A DNA stretch of 64,000 nucleotides, taken from the NCBI GenBank assembly GCA_024346625.1, contig AP024664.1, forward strand, positions 1 through 64,000. Reading direction: 5' to 3'. The translations under genes and the position numbers were made by a program. The DNA comes from Williopsis jadinii. Its lineage: Eukaryota. Below, one piece after another: positions 1 through 9,058 of the stretch (position 1 is the stretch's first letter; each line of letters starts with the position of its first letter). The notes under the pieces are model-generated. The model was not told where the DNA came from, ran no database searches, and saw nothing but the letters and a program-made list of their open reading frames with translations.

Positions 1-177
1 AGACACCCAGACACCCAGACACCCAGACACCCAGACACCCAGACACCCAGACACCCAGACACCCAGACACCCAGACACCCAGACACCCAGACACCCAGAC
101 ACCCAGACACCCAGACACCCAGACACCCAGACACCCAGACACCCAGACACCCAGACACCCAGACACCCAGACACCCA
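1..177. repeat. Telomeric repeat tract (AGACACCC)n, 22 perfect copies; G-strand unit GGGTGTCT
   Basis: Perfect 8-bp tandem repeat at the very start of the window, with the C-rich strand on +, as expected for a left chromosome end. Confidence 0.96.
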
Positions 178-239
178 ACACCATTTACCATACACCATCT
201 CCCATACACCATCTCTCCCTACCAGACGACTCCCAGACT

Positions 240-870
240 CCCTATCCTCACCACCTGTTCGCTGACTGCCGTTGAGCAATAGTCACCGCCTATATATTCC
301 CTACTCTAACGACTTGTTTGTTAATTGCCCTCGAGCAATAGTCACCGCTCCCTTGAAGAAAAGTCTCACGAGTGTCTAGCTGATAACCCTCGAGCAGTTG
401 TCAGCGACTACAAATTTACCAATGTCATGAACTGCTCGTTAACTGCCCTCGAGCAATAGTCAGCGATCCCTTAAACACGAATCTCACCATTGTGTTGATG
501 CGAGCCTTCGGGAATTTCACACCACATATATACTTGCTACTCTAACCTCCTGTTCGCTCACTCCTGTCAAGCAATTCTCCCCGCTCAACTAAACAGATAT
601 CGATCGAGCATTACTCATTGCTCCCTGAAAAAGAAGTGTCACCAGCTCTTCCCTCAGAACCCTCGAGCAATGCTCAGTGCTCGCTTTAACTGAGACATCA
701 CCAACTGATCTCTCAGAACCCACATCCCTCAAGCATTTCTGACAAGTCATGCAACCTGAGACATAACCATTTCCTTTCTCTTAATCCTCGAGCAATCCTC
801 AAAGCTCATCAAAACAGAGATGCCACCACGTCCTATCTGACCACCTTCCAGCACTACATAGCTCTTAAAT
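240..870. repeat. Degenerate ~59-bp subtelomeric tandem repeat (about 10-11 units)
   Basis: The core CCTCGAGCAAT(A/G)GTCA(C/G)CG and variants recur near 272, 330, 390, 448, 507, 566, 604, 662, 727, 786 and 845. Confidence 0.8.
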
Positions 871-1203
871 AACAAACTCTGTCAGTAGACCTGATATCTA
901 GACAACCAGCCTTATCAAACTATCATCACCTAGAATGTCTATTCAAAAGTGATCACAGCTGCCGTTTGAACTACCTGAATTATAACACAACTTAGTCTCA
1001 CTTATCTCCACTTATGATTCTCCAGCCATAGAACCCACCCGAACTTCACAACTTATCCCCGCCCATTCTTAAATACTTGAACAAAAATCTTACCCACCGA
1101 CACTAGTTTATATTTACTCCTAAACATGCATGCTCTTATCCATTTCCATAACAATCAGCTTATTTAGTTATTTAATTCTACCTTAAAGTCTTTTTTTTCA
1201 ATT

Positions 1204-1214
1204 ATTTATATTTT
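1204..1214 (+). promoter_or_regulatory. Candidate subtelomeric ARS consensus sequence within an AT-rich tract
   Basis: ATTTATATTTT matches WTTTAYRTTTW at 11/11 inside the very AT-rich region ~1100-1260. The consensus is borrowed from S. cerevisiae. Confidence 0.35.
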
Positions 1215-1595
1215 AATACATACCATGAATATTTTCAACTGTCAATTAGATACGTCATTTTTGTGAGAAAGACCCGAACACTGCTTACAATCTTAACTCC
1301 GAACCTACCTATGCTCCAGTTGTGCTAATGACATGAAATTAGTCTCAGTATATAATTCAGATTCTGAGCAATCTAGTGATATCTATTAGCCATTCCAATT
1401 ACATTGATTAATGTACTAAAAAAAGGATGTAATATGTTTGTCAAAGAAGATTATTTCCGCTAAGCAGTTTAATTTCCCCATACATTTTTTTGGTGTGCAC
1501 CGAGCAGTTTAACGCATTCTTGTATTCCGGCAACGTTTAAGTGAGGCTCGCAGTAACATAGTGAGATACATCAAGCCTTCTGATTGGCTAAATTG

Positions 1596-1884
1596 ATGCG
1601 GCTCGAAACAGTGGAAGTTTGGGCTCGCGCCGACCTCATTCTCTTCCCGGAGATAATGAATTTTCGCCTAATTTTGCAGCGGCCGTGCCGAGAATCTCTC
1701 ATACTTGTAGTCCGGTGTGCCCCAAGCAATTCTGCGCATACCTATATTCCTGCTAAAAATAGATGCAGCTCGAAAAAGTGAAAGTTGGGCTCGCGCCGAC
1801 CTCATTCTCTTCCCGGAGATAATGAATTTTCGCCTAATTTTGCAGCGGCGTGCCGAGAATCTCTCATACTTGTAGTCCGGCGTG
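1596..1884. repeat. ~122-bp near-identical direct repeat (copies ~1596-1719 and ~1763-1884)
   Basis: GGGCTCGCGCCGACCTCATTCTCTTCCCGGAGATAATGAATTTTCGCCTAATTTTGCAGCGG...GAGAATCTCTCATACTTGTAGTCCGG occurs twice with a few substitutions and indels. Confidence 0.93.
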
Positions 1885-3508
1885 TTTCAAGAGACATCTC
1901 AGGTTTGTGTTTCACTTGGACCAAGTAGCAATGGAGAGCCACACAATACCAATAAACAACAGCAAACAGAACCACCAAGGTGTTGATACAGACCATGTGT
2001 ACACCCCATCCAGCTGCTGCTCTTGAAACCAAATGGAAATGCTAATTGAAATGTCTAGTGTTGATTCAGGAGTGTATGAACGTTTAGCCAAGGAGATAAG
2101 GCTATACGTTGTTGAACCAAGCCACTGAAGAGGCATATCGATCAGCGTTTCAAGTAATAAGCAGTTAGAGTACCCCATGTGATCTGGTGATACGGTTCTC
2201 AATCTCTAGACCTCTCAGTGGAAGATAAAGTGTTGTACCTTAAGTGAAACCCTTGAGACTTTCATATATGCCACCTCTAACACTGTTCGTGTGACTTTCG
2301 CAGCCACTCAAAGCTTTTCAAGTCATTGACGGCAGCTTCATGCGATAAGAAGCAAACGCTCATCCTGAAGCTACCATCTTACAGCGTTTTCAAGCTTAAA
2401 CTGTCACTGGAATAAGTGTGGTAACGTAAAGGGGTTTCCCCTTTGCTTTGTTGATGTTTTTTTTTTCTCCACCACAAAAAACTTCAGTGGTGTACGGATG
2501 TTTTGCGTCAGCTAATGTGAAATAATAGCAACCCATCGACGACAACTACATCACCAACAAGCAATGACAACAACAGCTTATATCCAAATGCAATCGACTT
2601 CAAGTACACTCAGTAAGGATCTCTATCATATAGAGTCAGCTCCATGCATGTGTGTAACTTGTTGAAGTAACACAAGGTGGCCATGGCTCGATGATCTGAG
2701 CTACAGAAGACCCAATGAGTAACAACAATAGTCGATTCATACTTGCACAAACACAACCAACACCTCGATCTATCGTGGAAGACAGACACTTCACGATGAA
2801 GAAAGAGTGCAGCATACTGTGGGGCTCAAGGTAGAGCGTCTGGGAAACCGAGAGAGAGCAGTGATCAGCAGCTTTGTTCATGTCAAAGTTCAGAAGATGA
2901 AAGTTAAAAGCGGTAGCTGTGTCCAAGCATCACAACAAGTTCTTTGACTATACACCACAGCAGCTATGTTCATTCGACATCTCTGAATCATACCATGGTG
3001 ATTATCCTGTGTCAGTCGCCCAAGCTCAGATGCTGAGTCACCGTCCAAAGGTGAAAAGGAATAAAATGTTGGTATGAGCAAAGTAGCCACAATTATAACA
3101 CCATTGGAGAAATTGAGTCCCAATAACTGTTGAGGTGTACACACATCGGGTGATCTAATTCCCTGTTGATAGCCCATGGGGGTGGTGTTATGGCTAGTGA
3201 CACATTTGATGGCATGTGTATCTGTTGGTGAATTATTTCCTGAGATTCCAAGAGACAAAGTATTGGCAGTCAAGTAGACTCCATGGACCGTATGAGAGGA
3301 CGACCGCATCAGATGTTATCCGACTGACGACCCATAAACCACTGTGGTATATCTGAGGGTTACAACAACGAGCCATTGGTCTATTAGATTATTGAAGTTC
3401 ATACGTATGTAAAATGTAACGTAAATATATATTGCACACTATGTCTTCTGACAATACTAAATCAATGGTTTGGCACATTACCCGATTGCACTTGTAATTT
3501 ATCAAGCG

Positions 3509-6500
3509 TTACCTCTGGTATAAGCTCCCGATTACAAACACATACAAAGGATAAGTCCTTTTAGTAGAACCACCTCCTGTGTCTGACTTCAAGTTCATAG
3601 GTGTTAACATCAAATGACAAAAGACGACCCAGTCTTTACAAGTCCTAATACGTTCGTAGGTATCTGGAAAGTTATCGTGGAATGAATAACTCAGTCTAAA
3701 GTCATAATCCTCCACCTCTTTGAAACATTTCGAAAGTATTGAGCTAACTTTGATCTCGGAATCACACACCTTGTGATCCTCTAATGAGAAAAGGAATCCG
3801 CATGTCTCGCAAATTTTCTGGCTTCCAAGTGTATACCTTGGCTTTGAACCTTGGAATCTACCGATGAATTGAAGCAAAAGTTCTGTGAAGGAACGCTCTT
3901 CATATTCACAATCAATCTCCCGTGAAGATGAAATAGAGCTCAACAGCCAGTCCGGAGGGGACTGCTGAAATCTCGTTAAATAATTCAACAGATGTGTCCT
4001 CAATTGTGGATACCGAGAAACAAGTGACTGTTTACTCATGGAACGAAAAAGATCCTGAACTGATTTCACACATTTACTCACCACCGCCATATTTCTCCCC
4101 AAGAAGTTCATCGTTTTCCGAAGCCCAAGACCGTCTTCGATATGTTGTACCATCGAATCACAGAAACGATCATATCCGTGAACATCCCTCAATATAAGTA
4201 TGACCTCCACCATGTTTTTCACGGTTTCTTTGATTGGACAGTCATCGTCATCTCCACCGTGGTTTTGGGAATGGCAGTGATAGCAGGCTAGCTCAATTGC
4301 GTACGCGTCTCCGTTGTAGAATTTCGGCGGGTGAACGTTTTGTATGAATTTATTCCACCGTAAGTGATGTGAAAAGCCTGGAACTAGTTTATTCCTTGAA
4401 ATTTCTCTTGCGATGTCATCCAATTGTTTCTGGGTGTTGAGCTCAAAATCACTAAGATCGGAACCAATTTTCTTCCTTTTGGTGTCTGCTACTGGCTCAT
4501 CGCTTTCTGAACTCTCAGGAGCTGATCTCTTTGAAGGTATATTGTCAACATAATCATGAGCATTCTGGATAACACGAGCCTCGAGATTGTCTTGCACCTC
4601 CAGTGGACTCAATCTTCCCATGGTTTTAATCAGTTCTTCAGCTGAAGAAAACCTCACCATGAAGGTGTCAATCAAAGGCCCAATTTCAGAGTCATGTGTG
4701 GTATTGAAGAGATTCTTGTAGAAGATGTGGTCTATCCTTGAGTTTTCATCACACTGAAATCGTCTCTGATAATACTGGTTCATTATAACCTGTAAAACAT
4801 TTTTGCACTCATGCGTAAGAAAGAGAAACTTCACATCTGCTGTCTCTGTCGGCTTCCGAGCAGCTCTTCCAATGATCTGAACCAAAGTTGGAAGTGACAA
4901 GAATCCTGTAAGGTAGACCGAAGTGATGCCATCTATATCGAGACCAGAACTAGCAGCAGTTGTAGTGAGCAACGTGATACCATCAGAAGCTGTTCTAAAC
5001 CGATCTTGTATTGTCTTCTTCTCCTGGGCTGGAAGCTTCCCATGGAAAACACAACAATGTCCTCTTTCGAACTGACCAAGACTTTGTTGATAACTCTCCA
5101 TGAATTCCTTCGATTCAAAAAATATGAGTGATTTCTCCTTTCGCTGGATGGTCTTGTTGATGAGACTAGACATCATCAACTTCTGCTCCTCAGTTGAATC
5201 CACCACAAACAGAGACAGTTTGATGTTTGAGCGAACAAACGTTTCTTCGTTGAATATCTTGACTTTGATCGAGCCACTCGCCTCACCAGCAAAAATGTCT
5301 TCCAAAGAACCATTTGAAGCTGTAGCGTGCAGACCCAACTTCTCAAAGAGCATTGGGTAATGAAACCTAAAGATTGTACCGGATAACAAAGTCTTGGGGA
5401 TATTACTGCCCTTTAACATCGTTTCTGCTCCAGAAGTTGCCAATCCTCGATAGTTAGTATCGTACAACAGGACATGAGCCTCGTCGACAACTATACGTGA
5501 AATGACATGGAGGTTTCCATCCACAGCCATTGTTGGTTTTGCAAATCGATCCATGAACGAAAGAACAACATCGTCTCTGCAGTGTTCAAGTTGAAGCAGA
5601 ACAATGTCATGAGGTATCAGAGTATCTGGGCTCATGCCATTGCCTGGACAGTACTTCACAAAGGTAAGCATACCTTTAAACTTCGCCTCAAGCAGTTCTT
5701 TGTACTGCTGTAGTAACGCAACAAATGGAACAAGTATCACTGTCGTACGCTGCACCCCTGGATGATTCGGATTATGTCTGTGTTTAAAGTGCAACGCATC
5801 AGCAGCAGCTGGAAGCAACGATGCAATCGTCTTCCCGAAACCAGTCTTCAAATTCACTAGAATGGATTGATTTGTGAAGTACGATGTCTCAGTTATCGAA
5901 CATTGCTTATCGCTCAGGTAGTCAAAGTCTTTTCCATATAACATGGTACCAACCGCACGCAATTGGTATGAGTCTTTGGTGTTGATAGAGTTATCGATAT
6001 GGTACTTGAAGGCAACTTGATCAACTAGGGCCTGTGGTGATTCAAAGAGAAAGCGCGTCCAACAGTTGGCCAAAGCCAAAATAGCGTAGTTCACTTCAGC
6101 TGTCTTTGCATATGTGGATAAGCCAGTCTGTACAGAATGGTTTCCACTGAGTTCAATGGGATCCATGAACTGAATCAGAGAGTCAGTTTGACTGTCCTTG
6201 GTGATGATTAGACGGTTATAGTGGATAAGTACATGGCGTAAAATCCTTCCTGTCATACCACTCACATGGTGTTTTCCTTTGAATGGAATGTTTCTTGAGA
6301 TGAAGTTTCTGATTATAGCAGTCCGCTTGGTGCTGCTCAGGATGGCGTCTCCATATAGAAAGATGTATGTGTCAAGCATGTCCCCGATTGTGGGGGAGTG
6401 CAGTGGAACGGAGGATTCCCCATCCTTATCAATATCATCAATGCAGTCGTCATCCTCCCCTTGGCTCTCCTCCTGCTCCTCATCATGATGTTCAAGCCCA

Positions 6501-8458
6501 CTCGTTATCTGAACCCCACCAACCATAAGCAATCGTTTCTCTATCTGTCTGATGATGTAGATGTAATAAGCAATTAACTTCAGAATCGGAGTAGGCACTA
6601 TTCTTACCCGTGCATTTGGTTTGTTCTGAGATGTTCTCGTCTTTGAACCCGCCATCATAAACATCCCATCCTTGAAAAGTGACCGGCTGAGGATCCTCGT
6701 ATTGCTCCATGTGGCTCTTGCGTATTCACTGCCTCTCGCCGGTCCAAAAACGGATATCAAGAGCAGAGGGAAGATATTGTCTATCGCTATTGATTGGAAC
6801 TCCTTCACTGTCTTCCATACATTTTGCCGAGCATCGTCTATCAGTGTCTTAGGGAAAGTGGTGAGCTGAAAATCACCAGCAAGTGAGGAAAACATCGAAA
6901 ACCCGGATCCAGATTCCATAACATCTTCTTTTCCATTCCGAAGGATATATTGCCATACCTTATCAACATCCGGAAACTCCAGTGACGGGTACTTTCTGCA
7001 CAGACGATTGAGATCTTCCTTGAATGAACTGATCCCATTTTGAACAAGCGTTGGAAGATACTCTTCTCTGAAAAGCAATGTACCACAGCGAATACCGTTA
7101 TCTGAATCTTGTATCACATTTAGTGGCAGTCGTCCTGATTCCTTACATTGCTTGGAAAGATCCCTTATGTGTAAGAGTGTCTCAAACCTCGGAAGGCTTT
7201 GTCTTGATGTGTTAATAAAGTGTTGGAATGTCTCGTTCTCGGTGTCGTCGTCAAAAGAGCTTGAAATCAATAGCTTGGTAAAGTTGACAACGGCATCCAT
7301 TCGCCGGGCCTGCAACGAAGTTTTCAGTAAATCAGTTACGACAAACTGGTTACATCCCTCGGACTCGTCTTTTGGAGCAAGACCTACCAGCAGAAGTCCA
7401 CAGCTTTCCAAATACAGTTCCTCGTTTCCTGGGTCAGCCATCATTATTCGTGTTGCCTTAGCAAGAGCAATTGTCACTTCCGTCTTATCATAGAGCCCAG
7501 TAGTTGCAGCAGAGTAGAGCACGTTCAAATGATTGGAAAGATCCGCATTGGAATTGACTTTCTCCATAACAAACGGCGAATTCATTAGACCGCACATATT
7601 GCACATCCACTGTTTGAAGACGCTCACGTAAGCTTTCTGAGTAGAGTCCGTCACTTCGTTGAGCCAAAAGGGTGGATCCTTTGTAGCAGTTGAGTGTTCC
7701 GATACTCTTGAGTCCGTCACAAAGCAATGTCTCCTATCCTTATGATACTTGAGAGCGTGTTCGTAAATGTCATTTGCCAACTTCACAAGAGAAGATTGAT
7801 GCGACCACTGTTCTCTGAAATCCATCAAGCTGACCAGAGGATTTTCTTCTTTGAGGCTATTCCATTTGTGGACAAAGCGGATGATCTTGGACTCATTTAA
7901 GTGTGGACATGCTTTCAGTTGATCAGCACGAGTCACCTCTTGCTGCGCATCACCACTTTTCAATTGTGGCATGGGAGATAGTGGATAAGTGACAGTCTCC
8001 ACTGCACCAGGGGCAAAGTCATCAGATCGTGCTGATGTTCCCACTTGTATCACTATGTATCTCAATTGTTGACCAGAGTAGAAACAGTAACCTTTGCATG
8101 GGATTGAACGTTTGTGCAGTGTTGCACACCCTCTAAGATGTGACCTGGCTCCTGCAACATTGCGATAGCAGAAGGACTTGCAGCTGCAACACATACTAAA
8201 CTCCTCCACTTGAAGACCAGGAATAGTGCCACTGATTGTCACGGAGTTGTACGCTGCCACTCTGAAGTCATGGTAAATATTGTTCCCACAGCGATCCAAA
8301 CACCTCTGTAAAGCCCTTTGAGTGGGTTTAGAATTCGTTCCGCTTGAATAAGGGTTGATAACACATCCATTTATAGGGTCAAAGACAACACCAATCTCGC
8401 AATCAACATGGAAGCCGTTCACCACTTCAGTCCTGGTTGTTTGATATGTAGCACTCAT
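3509..8458 (-). CDS. Telomere-linked RecQ-like DEAH helicase (TLH/Y'-helicase type) with an N-terminal tyrosine-recombinase-like domain and Zn-binding motifs, ~1649 aa
   Basis: First ATG is at 8458 (the track starts at a TTG). SF2 motifs: LKTGFGKT, VPFVALLQQ, IVVDEAH, LLSGT, FHGKL, TTAASSGLD, QIIGRAAR. YR-like motifs: GPARGSEY, GSKT, RILRH, GNHS..TYA. Cys/His clusters: CSCKSFC..H, CYHCHSQNH..C, CETC..H..C. Confidence 0.88.
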   Translation of the reverse strand: MSATYQTTRTEVVNGFHVDCEIGVVFDPINGCVINPYSSGTNSKPTQRALQRCLDRCGNNIYHDFRVAAYNSVTISGTIPGLQVEEFSMCCSCKSFCYRNVAGARSHLRGCATLHKRSIPCKGYCFYSGQQLRYIVIQVGTSARSDDFAPGAVETVTYPLSPMPQLKSGDAQQEVTRADQLKACPHLNESKIIRFVHKWNSLKEENPLVSLMDFREQWSHQSSLVKLANDIYEHALKYHKDRRHCFVTDSRVSEHSTATKDPPFWLNEVTDSTQKAYVSVFKQWMCNMCGLMNSPFVMEKVNSNADLSNHLNVLYSAATTGLYDKTEVTIALAKATRIMMADPGNEELYLESCGLLLVGLAPKDESEGCNQFVVTDLLKTSLQARRMDAVVNFTKLLISSSFDDDTENETFQHFINTSRQSLPRFETLLHIRDLSKQCKESGRLPLNVIQDSDNGIRCGTLLFREEYLPTLVQNGISSFKEDLNRLCRKYPSLEFPDVDKVWQYILRNGKEDVMESGSGFSMFSSLAGDFQLTTFPKTLIDDARQNVWKTVKEFQSIAIDNIFPLLLISVFGPARGSEYARATWSNTRILSRSLFKDGMFMMAGSKTRTSQNKPNARVRIVPTPILKLIAYYIYIIRQIEKRLLMVGGVQITSGLEHHDEEQEESQGEDDDCIDDIDKDGESSVPLHSPTIGDMLDTYIFLYGDAILSSTKRTAIIRNFISRNIPFKGKHHVSGMTGRILRHVLIHYNRLIITKDSQTDSLIQFMDPIELSGNHSVQTGLSTYAKTAEVNYAILALANCWTRFLFESPQALVDQVAFKYHIDNSINTKDSYQLRAVGTMLYGKDFDYLSDKQCSITETSYFTNQSILVNLKTGFGKTIASLLPAAADALHFKHRHNPNHPGVQRTTVILVPFVALLQQYKELLEAKFKGMLTFVKYCPGNGMSPDTLIPHDIVLLQLEHCRDDVVLSFMDRFAKPTMAVDGNLHVISRIVVDEAHVLLYDTNYRGLATSGAETMLKGSNIPKTLLSGTIFRFHYPMLFEKLGLHATASNGSLEDIFAGEASGSIKVKIFNEETFVRSNIKLSLFVVDSTEEQKLMMSSLINKTIQRKEKSLIFFESKEFMESYQQSLGQFERGHCCVFHGKLPAQEKKTIQDRFRTASDGITLLTTTAASSGLDIDGITSVYLTGFLSLPTLVQIIGRAARKPTETADVKFLFLTHECKNVLQVIMNQYYQRRFQCDENSRIDHIFYKNLFNTTHDSEIGPLIDTFMVRFSSAEELIKTMGRLSPLEVQDNLEARVIQNAHDYVDNIPSKRSAPESSESDEPVADTKRKKIGSDLSDFELNTQKQLDDIAREISRNKLVPGFSHHLRWNKFIQNVHPPKFYNGDAYAIELACYHCHSQNHGGDDDDCPIKETVKNMVEVILILRDVHGYDRFCDSMVQHIEDGLGLRKTMNFLGRNMAVVSKCVKSVQDLFRSMSKQSLVSRYPQLRTHLLNYLTRFQQSPPDWLLSSISSSREIDCEYEERSFTELLLQFIGRFQGSKPRYTLGSQKICETCGFLFSLEDHKVCDSEIKVSSILSKCFKEVEDYDFRLSYSFHDNFPDTYERIRTCKDWVVFCHLMLTPMNLKSDTGGGSTKRTYPLYVFVIGSLYQR

Positions 8459-8674
8459 TTTTGTATTTGAAGGTGAAAGCAAAATCGAGATCAGGGAGTT
8501 GTTACGTGTCTTTCAAATGCACTCTTAATATCACGCACCAATACTGGTCCTGGAAAACACTCACAGTTGGTTTAAGCAAGCTTCTGTACTACCAGGACGG
8601 GTTTCCAAACAGTTTCGACTCTAAGGTTACCAAGATACTAATAACTATTGTTGATTATGCAGAAAACCCATTTG

Positions 8675-8691
8675 ACGCGTCGGCAACGCGT
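8675..8691. promoter_or_regulatory. Tandem MCB (ACGCGT) cell-cycle boxes upstream of the helicase gene
   Basis: ACGCGT at 8675-8680 and 8686-8691, ~220 bp upstream of the minus-strand ATG. Confidence 0.55.
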
Positions 8692-9058
8692 AGCATTTTC
8701 ACCCCCCAATCTACAAGTTTTTTTTTACACACACATATATTACCGTATATGGAAATACTCCTACTTCGGGTCTTGCCCGGAATCATATACCAACAGATAT
8801 TAGTTCTTTAATTACCTAATACGATATCACGAACCTAAATGGCCAACTGTCACGAATGTAATATCTCAACACGTTTAGCCTTCTCCCATTCCGTCTACAA
8901 CTTCTCTAAAGAGATGAAATCTGATAAAGTCAGCTGCTTTCGTGTTCGCGTGCGTTGTTTGGTGATCTAATTATACCTACAAATTACTGCACATAAATGG
9001 TCAACGATAAATTGATACTTTTCGCCCATCTGACAGTACACAAAGCTTGAGATGACTC

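Noticed and set aside
240..870. CRISPR-like reading of the periodic subtelomeric array
   Set aside because: Eukaryotic context, degenerate repeats, spacers that resemble each other, and no cas genes.
1584..2032. Short ORFs 1584-1781 (+) and 1802-2032 (-)
   Set aside because: They overlap the 122-bp duplication, whose copies differ by frameshifting indels; non-ATG starts and no homology signal.
3310..9050. Terminal inverted repeats, LTRs or target-site duplications flanking the helicase gene
   Set aside because: None was found by eye, so the gene is not annotated as a defined mobile element; a self dot-plot and comparison with other chromosome ends are needed.
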